From a virus (lineage: Duplodnaviria > Caudoviricetes): a stretch of 42,957 nucleotides of DNA. The notes under the pieces were generated by a model, which had not been told where the DNA came from, searched no databases, and saw only the letters and a program-made list of their open reading frames with translations. The stretch is taken from IMG/VR virus record IMGVR_UViG_3300033076_000603, positions 1 through 42,957 of that record; one strand, 5' to 3'. Position numbers and translations under genes: made by a program. Positions 34,828 through 42,957 of this stretch are shown piece after piece; position 1 is the first letter of the stretch; each line of letters opens with the position of its first letter.

Positions 34828-35741
34828 CCCGCCAGCGCCCCCCTTTTCCGGCAGTCCTTGACTCCACCACTATGGCAGCTTTCAAGTCCTGTCCCCAGAA
34901 AGCTTACCTCGAGTTCATGCAGCACTGGAAGCTCCGTGACCAGTCTGTCCATCTCCACGCCGGAGCTGCCTACGCAACCGGGATAGAGAAGGCTCGGGTA
35001 GCTTACTACATCGACGGAAGGTCGCCGGAAGACTCCCTTGCCCTGGGTCTCAAGGCCTTGCTGACTGCCTACGGAGACTTCGAGTGCCCTCCCGATTCCG
35101 CAAAGTCCGCCGAGCGTACTGCCGGGGCGCTGGAGTACTACTTCTCCCAGTACCGCCTCGGAGAAGACAAGGCGATCCCGATGACCCTGCCTGGCGGTAA
35201 GCGCGGGATAGAGTTCTCCTTCCTCGAGCCACTTGACCTGGCTCACCCAGTAACCGGCGATCCAATGCTGTACTCAGGCCGCATGGACATGATGTGCGAA
35301 TATGAAGGAATGCACCTTGGAGAAGACGATAAAACCACTTCCCAGCTCGGGGCTAGTTGGCCTCGTCAATGGGACTTACGATCTCAATTCACTGGGTATG
35401 TCTGGGGTGCTAGTAAAGCAGGAATCAAACTGGACGGTTTTCTTGTCCGAGGAGTCAGCATCCTTAAAACCAAGTACGACACTCTCCAAGCAATCACCTA
35501 CCGTCCCCAGTGGCTTATCGACCGCTGGTACGAGCAGCTCATCCGAGACGCCAAGCGAATGATCCAGGCATGGGAGTCCGGGTACTGGGACTGGAACCTC
35601 GATCACGCTTGCGCGGAGTACGGCGGCTGTCCATTCAAGTCTGTCTGCCAGATGCGCGACCCCACTCCGCTGCTTGAGCAACAGTTCCAGCGCCGACGCT
35701 GGGATCCAGTCGCTCGGACTGAAACGGTACAGGTAGACTAG
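34824..35741 (+). CDS. PD-(D/E)XK Cas4/RecB-like exonuclease
   Basis: FKSCPQK, GRMD...EDDKT, Q...Y, C-terminal C-x5-C-x5-C. Confidence 0.85.
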   Translation: MTRQRPPFPAVLDSTTMAAFKSCPQKAYLEFMQHWKLRDQSVHLHAGAAYATGIEKARVAYYIDGRSPEDSLALGLKALLTAYGDFECPPDSAKSAERTAGALEYYFSQYRLGEDKAIPMTLPGGKRGIEFSFLEPLDLAHPVTGDPMLYSGRMDMMCEYEGMHLGEDDKTTSQLGASWPRQWDLRSQFTGYVWGASKAGIKLDGFLVRGVSILKTKYDTLQAITYRPQWLIDRWYEQLIRDAKRMIQAWESGYWDWNLDHACAEYGGCPFKSVCQMRDPTPLLEQQFQRRRWDPVARTETVQVD

Positions 35742-36070
35742 TGCCTGCTGGGTACATCATTGCAGAGGAGACCTACCTCGGCACGTTTCGCTATGCTTCG
35801 CAAGCAGCGGACAGCTGGGGTTGGCCTTCTCGCGCGTACTTCTGCGCCACCTGCGGGGAGATCTGGGCACGAACAATCCTCCAAGACGCCAAGGGCAACC
35901 CGCATAACTTCCGGGTCGCCGAGGTTTCCTGCCGCAAGCATCGCGATCCCTGGAATGTCCCAGGTTCTCTGCTCACCGGCGAACTCATCTACAATCTCGA
36001 CGAGCTGTCTTACGACTGCATCAAGCGCGAGTTGGACGTACATTTAGCTTACTTCGAAAGTCTCTTATGA
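35741..36070 (+). CDS. hypothetical zinc-binding protein
   Basis: CATCGEIWAR...CRKH; GTG start coupled to the previous stop. Confidence 0.6.
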   Translation: MPAGYIIAEETYLGTFRYASQAADSWGWPSRAYFCATCGEIWARTILQDAKGNPHNFRVAEVSCRKHRDPWNVPGSLLTGELIYNLDELSYDCIKRELDVHLAYFESLL

Positions 36071-36945
36071 CCACTATCACACCAGCATCCCTGGTTACTA
36101 AAGACAAGCAGGTACTTGTCGGCCCGAAAATCTGCCTCATGGGGTTAGGCGGGACAGGCAAGACCTACGCCATCGGTACGCTCTGCGACTGGGCAGACAA
36201 GAACGGATTCGAGGTCGCCGTGCTGTTCACCGAGAACGGACTAGAGACCCTTCTTGGCTACTTCCGCGACAAAGGCAAAGAACCTCCGGCGTGTATCTTC
36301 TGGCACCAGCAAGGGACGCGGCCCATCTCCCTCAAGTCCCTCATGGCTACCGCCGACAACGTAGGCAAGCTGTCCTACGAAGCCCTGGCCAAGTCAGTCG
36401 ATGGCAACCGAGGCGGAGACAATAATGCGTTCTGGAAAATCCTTCAGTCCTGCAGCAACTTCAAAGATGACCGAACGGGCAAAGAGCTCGGCCCTATCGA
36501 CGCGTTCTCCTCTCGCAGGATCTTCGTCATGGACTCCCTTACCGAAACCAGTAATGCCGCTATGAAGATGCAAATCGGCTCTCGCCCGATGGCCAGCCCC
36601 GGCGACTACGGCGTAGCCCAGAACAACCTGATGAACTTCCTCCGCCTCTGCACCCAGGGAATGGAGTGTCCGTTCGTCATGACTGCTCACGTAGACCGCG
36701 AGACGGACTCAATCACCCAGTCCACCAAGGTCATGATCAAGGCTATCGGCAAGGCCCTGGCGACCGAAATCCCCACGCTGTTCAGCGATATCATCTACAC
36801 CACGCGCGACGGTGCGCAGTTCTGGTGGGACACTGCCGCTTACGGCGTAGACACCAAGACGCGCTCCCTCGGCTACCGCAGCAAGATCACCCCCGACTTC
36901 GCTCAGGTGATGGACGTCTGGGCCAAGCGCTCTGGAGGTGTATGA
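36067..36945 (+). CDS. AAA-family ATPase (Sak4/AAA_24-like recombination protein)
   Basis: Walker A GLGGTGKT, Walker B IFVMDS, MTAH motif; lies between the nuclease and the SSB-like gene. Confidence 0.8.
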   Translation: MTTITPASLVTKDKQVLVGPKICLMGLGGTGKTYAIGTLCDWADKNGFEVAVLFTENGLETLLGYFRDKGKEPPACIFWHQQGTRPISLKSLMATADNVGKLSYEALAKSVDGNRGGDNNAFWKILQSCSNFKDDRTGKELGPIDAFSSRRIFVMDSLTETSNAAMKMQIGSRPMASPGDYGVAQNNLMNFLRLCTQGMECPFVMTAHVDRETDSITQSTKVMIKAIGKALATEIPTLFSDIIYTTRDGAQFWWDTAAYGVDTKTRSLGYRSKITPDFAQVMDVWAKRSGGV

Positions 36946-37124
36946 TGACCAAGCGTTCCTTCACCACCCTCACCCTGGCGGTTAAAGTCACCCAACCTCC
37001 CGGCCTGTCGCAAAAGGAAGTCGTAGCCTGGATTCTCGGCGCGATGAAGCAGCCTGGCCCTCTCTCCTCCTTCGCCAATGGTACGCAAGTCAAGATCATC
37101 GGCAAGGAAACAATGTATCTCTAG
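36942..37124 (+). CDS. small hypothetical protein (60 aa)
   Basis: ATGA overlap; GGAGG RBS. Confidence 0.6.
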   Translation: MMTKRSFTTLTLAVKVTQPPGLSQKEVVAWILGAMKQPGPLSSFANGTQVKIIGKETMYL

Positions 37125-37184
37125 TCAGATGCGAGAAGGGGACTGCGCTAAGTGTCCCCAGTTAACCATACAGGAGTTACTCAT

Positions 37185-37670
37185 ATGAGTACAAGTCAGT
37201 TTGATCCCAGCGTGTTCCTCGACGCGCAAGTTACCGAAGTCAACGAGAAGCGCCCCCCGCTTCCTACGGAGAATCCCGAGCACGCTAACGGCCTGTACCT
37301 CGCAGTCATCGGCGAGATCACCACCGGCTCTGGCACAATCAGCAAGGGCGATAATGCTGGCAAACCTTGGGTCTCCATGATTATCCCGCTGCGTGTGCAG
37401 GTTCCCCCGTCCGTCCAGGGTCTCGGTATTCCGCCAGAGATCACCCTCAGCGACCGGGCGTTTCTCGACCTGACCGCCCAGGGCGCACTGGACAATTCCA
37501 AGGGCAAGAATCGCCGGCAGAAAGACTACCGGGAAGCCACCGGAACCAACATTGCAGGTGTGCCGTGGGCCTGGCGCCAGCTGCAAGGCAAGACCATCAT
37601 GGTCAAGGTGCAGCATGAACTCTACAACGAGACTATCCAGGAGCGCGTCGGCGCCATCTTGCCGAGCTGA
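37185..37670 (+). CDS. putative ssDNA-binding protein (DUF669-like)
   Basis: ATG 37185 with AGGAG RBS; OB-like beta pattern; LQGKTIMVKVQH; follows the Sak4-like ATPase. Confidence 0.6.
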   Translation: MSTSQFDPSVFLDAQVTEVNEKRPPLPTENPEHANGLYLAVIGEITTGSGTISKGDNAGKPWVSMIIPLRVQVPPSVQGLGIPPEITLSDRAFLDLTAQGALDNSKGKNRRQKDYREATGTNIAGVPWAWRQLQGKTIMVKVQHELYNETIQERVGAILPS

Positions 37671-37682
37671 TTTCCCCGGCTA

Positions 37683-37716
37683 GGGCGGCGAGTGCTTCGG
37701 TGCTCGTCCCCTTTTT
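37683..37716 (+). terminator. intrinsic terminator with cTTCGg tetraloop
   Basis: GGCGAGTGC-TTCG-GTGCTCGTC followed by TTTTT. Confidence 0.75.
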
Positions 37717-37735
37717 CTTCTTTCTTAGGACTTTC

Positions 37736-39073
37736 ATGAAACTCATCCACGTAGACGCAATCAAGATCGCAGCAGATCGCCAACGCAAAGTGTTCGAGGA
37801 AGGCAAGCTACGCGAGTTCTCCGAGGTGCTGCAGACCCAAGGGCTTCTCCACCCTATCATCTTGCGCATAGTCGGCGACGATTACTACCTAGTCGCCGGC
37901 GAGCGTCGCCTTCGAGCAGTCAAGGACGTATACGCTCTCGGCGGAGAAATCATGCACGACGGCGAGCGCGTCCGTGCTAACAGCATTCCTTACACGCTCC
38001 TCAGCGACCTTGACCCACTGGCGGCAGAGGAAGCTGAACTTTCCGAGAACATCCATCGTGAAAACCTTACATGGCAAGAGCGCGCAGCCGCCCATGCTCG
38101 CCTCAACACACTTCGTACCGCTCAGGCAGTCCAGCGGGGAGCATCGCCGCCTACTACAGCTGACATCTCGCTTGAGGTTCGCGGGAGCTCCGAAGGTATC
38201 CATCAAGAAAACACTCGCCGGGAACTTATCGTTGCAGGTCACCTGGACAATCCCGCCATCAAAGCAGCGAAAACCGTCGATGAAGCTTTTAAGATCCTCC
38301 GCAAGGAAGAGACCGCTATAAAGCACCGGGAGCTCGGGGCGTCAGTCGGTAAGACCTTCACCGCCGATATGCACCAGGCAGTCCACGCTGACTCAATCAA
38401 CTGGATGGATGACTGCCCTGCTGACAGTTTCGACTGCATCATCACCGATCCTCCCTACGGCATGAGCGCAGATGAGTTCGGAGACTCAGGTGGTCTAGCC
38501 GCCGGCGCTCACGGCTACGAGGACAGCTACGAAACCTTCATGCGTTGCGCTACCGCCCTGGCATTCAAGGGCTACCGCATCGCCAAGCCCCAGGCGCATC
38601 TCTACTGCTTTTGCGACTTCGACAAGTTCGCTCAGCTCAAGTCCCTGATGGTCGAGGCCGGCTGGAACGTCTTCCGCACTCCGCTTATCTGGTACAAGAA
38701 GTCCGGTATGCGCGCACCCTGGCCGGAGCAAGGCCCGCAGCGTAAGTACGAAATACTCCTCTACGCTGTCAAGGGCAAGCGACCTATTCTCAAGATGCTC
38801 GGAGACGTCCTCGACTACCCGCCCGACAGCAACCTCGGCCACGCCGCGCAGAAGCCTGTGGCGCTCTTCGAAGACCTCCTTCGCCGATCTATCCTCCCGG
38901 GCCAAGCTGTCCTTGACCCCTTTTGTGGCAGCGGGCCTGTCTTCCCCGCTGCCCACGCAATGAAAGCTCGGGCAACTGGCATCGAGATGGATCAGTCCAG
39001 CTACGGCATCGCCTGCCAGCGGATCGCGGATCTTCGCGCTCAGCAAGAACTTGATTTGTCGATTGGACTCTGA
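37736..39073 (+). CDS. ParB-like N-terminal domain fused to an N6/N4 DNA methyltransferase
   Basis: GLLHPII...LVAGERRLRA...ENIHRENL (ParB); TDPPY, HAAQKP, DPFCGSG (beta-class methyltransferase). Confidence 0.9.
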   Translation: MKLIHVDAIKIAADRQRKVFEEGKLREFSEVLQTQGLLHPIILRIVGDDYYLVAGERRLRAVKDVYALGGEIMHDGERVRANSIPYTLLSDLDPLAAEEAELSENIHRENLTWQERAAAHARLNTLRTAQAVQRGASPPTTADISLEVRGSSEGIHQENTRRELIVAGHLDNPAIKAAKTVDEAFKILRKEETAIKHRELGASVGKTFTADMHQAVHADSINWMDDCPADSFDCIITDPPYGMSADEFGDSGGLAAGAHGYEDSYETFMRCATALAFKGYRIAKPQAHLYCFCDFDKFAQLKSLMVEAGWNVFRTPLIWYKKSGMRAPWPEQGPQRKYEILLYAVKGKRPILKMLGDVLDYPPDSNLGHAAQKPVALFEDLLRRSILPGQAVLDPFCGSGPVFPAAHAMKARATGIEMDQSSYGIACQRIADLRAQQELDLSIGL

Positions 39074-41535
39074 TGCGAGTAAAAGGCGAAGGCCCTATCC
39101 CTACCCGCGTGATGATAGTCGGGGAGTTCCCTGCCGAGCGTGACCGCCAGCCCTTCGACGGAGCCTCCGGCATGGAGCTTAACCGGATGCTCCACGAAGT
39201 CGGCGTGATGCGCTCAGAGTGCTACGCTACCTACGTCTGCAAGGAGCGTCCCCCGCTGGGCCAGCTGTCCACCTGGATTGCCCTGAAGAAGAAAGACATA
39301 TCCGCCCATCACTCGCTGCTCAAGGACAAGTACTGCACCTACCACATCCACGAGGGCTATGCAGAACTCCTCACAGAAATCAAGATGGTTCAGCCGAACA
39401 TCATCCTAGCCATGGGCAACCTAGCACTCTGGGCCCTCACCGGCCACTGGGGTGTGCTCAAGTGGCGCGGGTCACTCCTAGCTACCTCCGACGGCATCAA
39501 GGTCATCCCAACCCTCACCCCCGGCGCAGTCATTCGCGAGTGGAACCAGCGAGCGGTAGTCCTCTCCGACCTCCGCCGCCTCAAGCGTCACATGACTTCC
39601 CGCGTCTACGATAACAAGCCAACCTGGAACTTCCTAGTCCGCCCGACGTTCCCGCAAGCACTTACTTGCCTCCAGGCCTTGCACTCTGACGCAACTGCGT
39701 TCGCCGAAACGGTCTGGATTGACTTCGATATCGAGACGCGCGGAGGGCATATAGACTGCATCGGCCTCAGCTGGTCACGCCAAGACGCTCTATGCATCCC
39801 CCTGATGGCGCGCGGCAAGCCCGAAGGCTACTGGTCTGCCGATGAGGAGTCTCAGATTGTCTTTGCAATCTACCGCTTACTCACGCATAAGAACGTCAAG
39901 GTACGCTGGCAGAACGGCCTCTACGACGCGCAGTATGTCTACCGCCATTGGCACTTTATCCCGAACGGCGGCCAGGACACAATGATAACTCAGCACAGCG
40001 TTTTCTGCGCGCTGCCCAAGGGCCTAGCCTTCATCGCCTCGATGTACGCAGACTGGTACGTCTACTGGAAAGACGAAGGGAAGATTGCCTCTGACGTCCC
40101 GGAGGAACAACGCTGGACTTACAACCTCCAAGACTGCGTATACACCCGCGAGTCCGGTGAAGTCCTCCAGCAAGTCGCTGAGTCCATGCACCTTGCCGAG
40201 GTTGACGTACACCAGCAGAAGCTTTTCTACCCTGTCCTGCGCGCAATGCTCCGCGGTGTCCGCATCCGTCACGAGGTCAAGAACCAAATGGCCCTTGATA
40301 TCCAGGAAGAGCTCTCCCACCGCGAAGCCTTTCTCCACAACGTCCTCGGCCACTCAATCAACCCTGCCTCACCGAAGCAGATGCAGACTCTCTTCTACGA
40401 CGATCTCAAGCAGCCCGTCATCTACAAGCGCGTCATCCTCGCCGGCAAGACCACGATGAACCCGACCTGCGATGACGAAGCCCTCAGCAAGATCGCTGCC
40501 AAGGAGCCCCTAGTCAAACCTCTCTGCAACGCCATCGCAGACATTCGTACCCTCAACAAGTTCCTCGGCGACTTCGTCATGATGCCTCTAGACGATGATG
40601 GCAGGATGCGTTGTTCCTTCAACATAGCAGGAGATGCCGGTGGAAAATCTGCGCCGTATTCTTATCGACTTTCTTCGTCCAAGAACCCCTTCGGATCTGG
40701 CGGAAATCTCCAGACAATCCCTTCTGAGAAGAGTAAATCGTCCGGCAAGGCCGCAGCTCGAGGCTCTATGGACTTCACTCTCCCGAACATTCGCAGTATG
40801 TATGGCCCAGATCCAGGCTTCACTTTCTTCGATATGGATCTGGATAGGGCGGATCTTCAAGTAGTTGTGCGCGAAGCCGCCGAACCGGACTGGATAGCCG
40901 CCATGCTCCAGGGTGTCGATATGCACTTGCTCAACGCGTACATCCTAGCCAAGAAATCCCCGCCCCCCCTTGACGAGCTGGTAGAGTCCCACCCGAACTA
41001 CCGCGACCATCGCGCTCCGCTCAAGCACGCTAGGGAATTCGCCAAGGTGTTCTGCCACGCTACCAACTACGGCGGGGGTGCGAAGACTGTCGCAGGTCAC
41101 ACTGGCCGCACGATCCATGAGATTGATGTTGCGCAGAAGTACTGGTTCTCCGCTCATCCCGGCATCCGGGAGTGGCACACCCGCACCTTCGACCAGATCA
41201 ACCGCCATCGCTTTGTTGAGAATCGCTGGGGCTACCGCTGGTACATCTTCGACAGGCTTGAAGCACTCCTCCCCGAAGCCCTTGCCTGGATTCCACAGTC
41301 CACCGTTGGTATCCTGATCAATCGGATCTGGACTTCCTTTTCCGAAAACATCCCGGAAGTCCAAGTGCTCCTCCAAGTCCACGACTCCCTTGCCGGCCAG
41401 TTTCCTACACACCGCTCCGCCACGATCCTGCCCCTCATGGAGAAGCATTCCCGCATCGAGATCCCCTACGATCCACCCCTGATCATCCCCACAGGCGTCA
41501 AGACTTCCTCTGTCTCCTGGGGAGATTGTGTATGA
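39073..41535 (+). CDS. polA: family A DNA polymerase with N-terminal UDG-like and 3'-5' exonuclease domains
   Basis: GEGP...VGEFP...PFDG (UDG fold); DFDIET, QNGLYD, YNLQD (exonuclease); DLDRADL, RxxxKxxxHxxxYG, QVHDSL (polymerase). Confidence 0.92.
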   Translation: MRVKGEGPIPTRVMIVGEFPAERDRQPFDGASGMELNRMLHEVGVMRSECYATYVCKERPPLGQLSTWIALKKKDISAHHSLLKDKYCTYHIHEGYAELLTEIKMVQPNIILAMGNLALWALTGHWGVLKWRGSLLATSDGIKVIPTLTPGAVIREWNQRAVVLSDLRRLKRHMTSRVYDNKPTWNFLVRPTFPQALTCLQALHSDATAFAETVWIDFDIETRGGHIDCIGLSWSRQDALCIPLMARGKPEGYWSADEESQIVFAIYRLLTHKNVKVRWQNGLYDAQYVYRHWHFIPNGGQDTMITQHSVFCALPKGLAFIASMYADWYVYWKDEGKIASDVPEEQRWTYNLQDCVYTRESGEVLQQVAESMHLAEVDVHQQKLFYPVLRAMLRGVRIRHEVKNQMALDIQEELSHREAFLHNVLGHSINPASPKQMQTLFYDDLKQPVIYKRVILAGKTTMNPTCDDEALSKIAAKEPLVKPLCNAIADIRTLNKFLGDFVMMPLDDDGRMRCSFNIAGDAGGKSAPYSYRLSSSKNPFGSGGNLQTIPSEKSKSSGKAAARGSMDFTLPNIRSMYGPDPGFTFFDMDLDRADLQVVVREAAEPDWIAAMLQGVDMHLLNAYILAKKSPPPLDELVESHPNYRDHRAPLKHAREFAKVFCHATNYGGGAKTVAGHTGRTIHEIDVAQKYWFSAHPGIREWHTRTFDQINRHRFVENRWGYRWYIFDRLEALLPEALAWIPQSTVGILINRIWTSFSENIPEVQVLLQVHDSLAGQFPTHRSATILPLMEKHSRIEIPYDPPLIIPTGVKTSSVSWGDCV

Positions 41536-42719
41536 CTCGCAACTACCCTGACTGGATTCCTCAGTACCTCCAGTACGCATCCGTCACCGAGGCGCCGAAG
41601 CGTATGCACTTCTGGAGCGCTGTCGGCACAGTCGCCGGTTGCCTTCGTCGCCGGGTCTGGATTGACATGAAGCGTTTCTGCTGGTACCCTTCGTTCTACA
41701 TCATCTTCGTAGGGCCGCCCGGCATCATCGCCAAGTCTACCACCATCGACATATCGACTGACCTGCTTCGCCAAGTCCCCGGTATAAAGTTCGGCCCAAA
41801 CGCCATCACCTGGCAGGCTCTCGTCACCGCCTTCGCGTCCGCCTCCGAGTCCTTCGAGTACAATGCCGAGTGGCATCCTATGTCTCCGCTCACCCTAGTC
41901 GCCTCGGAACTCGGTTCGCTCCTCAACCTGCAAGACAAGGAGATGATAAACCTGCTTATTGAGCTCTGGGACGGCAAGAAAACTTACGAAAAGATCACCA
42001 AAATGTCAGGGAATGATATCATCGAAGCACCTTGGATCAACCTGCAAGCTGGCACTACCCCGCACTGGATTGCTGACAATATGCCCCAGGCTATGATCGG
42101 CGGCGGACTGTCCTCCCGCTGCATCTTTGTCTACGGAGACACCAAGGAACGCTACGTTGCCTACGTCGACGAGCAAGTCGGTGCTGGCGACACCGAGATG
42201 CGGACTAACCTTATCGAAGACCTCGAGCGCATAGCCATGCTCACCGGCCCTTACACCATATCCTCCGGCGCTCGCGAGTGGGGCCGCGCTTGGTACGAGA
42301 GGTTCTGGAAGGACGCCGCCTCCCGCATGGATGACCAGATGCTGGAAGGCTACGCCGCCCGCAAGCAAACCCATATGCACAAGGTCGCAATGGTGCTCTC
42401 CGCCTCCCGCTCTAGCTCCCTGATCCTGACCTCCGAAGACCTCCAACTCGCCAACGAAATGCTGGAAGACCTGGAGAAAGATATGCACCGAGTTTTCTCT
42501 CGCATCGGTCGCACCGAAGACTCTATGCAAGCCGAGCGCTTCATCGACTTCGTCCGTCGCAAAGGCTCCGTCCCCTACCACGATGCTTACAAGATGATCC
42601 ATATCTACTTCCCCGACTTCCGCGACTTCGAAGGCATCCTCTCCGGTGCGATCAACTCCGGACAGCTCCGCATCATCAACACTGCAGCAGGTATCATGCT
42701 ACAGGCAACCTTTCCCTAA
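41532..42719 (+). CDS. DUF3987 (YfjI-like) P-loop helicase-like replication protein
   Basis: TEAP..MHFW...YIIFVGPPGIIAKST...SELGS...LWDG...GLSSRCIFV; ATGA coupling to polA. Confidence 0.75.
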   Translation: MTRNYPDWIPQYLQYASVTEAPKRMHFWSAVGTVAGCLRRRVWIDMKRFCWYPSFYIIFVGPPGIIAKSTTIDISTDLLRQVPGIKFGPNAITWQALVTAFASASESFEYNAEWHPMSPLTLVASELGSLLNLQDKEMINLLIELWDGKKTYEKITKMSGNDIIEAPWINLQAGTTPHWIADNMPQAMIGGGLSSRCIFVYGDTKERYVAYVDEQVGAGDTEMRTNLIEDLERIAMLTGPYTISSGAREWGRAWYERFWKDAASRMDDQMLEGYAARKQTHMHKVAMVLSASRSSSLILTSEDLQLANEMLEDLEKDMHRVFSRIGRTEDSMQAERFIDFVRRKGSVPYHDAYKMIHIYFPDFRDFEGILSGAINSGQLRIINTAAGIMLQATFP

Positions 42720-42731
42720 CTTGGATTTACT

Positions 42732-42957
42732 ATGCGCGAATTACGATTTCATAAACCGCGTGGATTATACCACAGTTTCATCAACACCCTCCTTGCAATC
42801 GTTATTGCAGGAGTACTAAGCACTAGCTACCTGTTAGACTGGCCGGGAGAAGTCCGTGCTGCTCAAGCCGCGGCTGCTCAAGCTCAAGCACACCGTCGCT
42901 TTGCGGAGAAGTGGGTACAGTTAGAAGCCAACGCACAGGCTATGTGCGGAGAAGGCA
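42732..42957 (+). CDS. membrane-anchored hypothetical protein, truncated at the window end
   Basis: MRELRF...LLAIVIAGVLSTSYLLD...AQAMCGEG is open to the window edge. Confidence 0.6.
   Translation, partial: MRELRFHKPRGLYHSFINTLLAIVIAGVLSTSYLLDWPGEVRAAQAAAAQAQAHRRFAEKWVQLEANAQAMCGEG
42734..42761. promoter_or_regulatory. 28-bp palindromic site E
   Basis: GCGCGAATTA-cgatttca-TAAACCGCGT, with an additional overlapping half-site GCGTGGATTA at 42758-42767. Confidence 0.6.

Noticed and set aside
34824-35741. Cas4-like gene as evidence of a CRISPR system
   Set aside because: No repeat-spacer array or other cas genes; its context is a phage recombination module.
42834-42861. GTCTAACAG on the minus strand, like the -10 of P1/P2
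   Set aside because: No GGAAC at the 16-nt spacing, and it lies antisense inside an ORF.
42732-42957. Circular junction: the last ORF would read in frame into the ORF at position 3
   Set aside because: No terminal repeat is visible and an in-frame join has a one-in-three chance, so completeness cannot be claimed.

Overview
The window is most or all of a ~43 kb podovirus-like tailed phage genome with a P22-type tail (gp4- and gp10-like proteins). No integrase, RNA polymerase, tRNA or CRISPR array is seen. A minus-strand arm (28640 down to 1487) encodes TerS/TerL, portal, GroES, scaffold, capsid, tail, internal (ejection) proteins, tailspike and lysis genes. A plus-strand arm (29167 to 42957, and 1 to 1543) encodes small early genes, a Cas4-like nuclease, an AAA ATPase, an SSB-like protein, a ParB-methyltransferase fusion, a UDG-PolA fusion and a DUF3987 helicase-like protein. 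The standout feature is a 2031-aa putative ejection protein containing a complete RpoE-like ECF sigma factor domain between hydrophobic hairpins. The genome also carries seven intergenic, correctly oriented sigmaE-type promoters: six exact GGAACT-N16-GTCTAA and one GGAACC-N16-GTCTGA. Together these suggest a virion-delivered sigma factor that drives phage transcription. Five copies of a 28-bp palindrome, an origin-like long inverted repeat and a candidate structured RNA are also present. Product calls come from motif recognition by eye; no database search was run.
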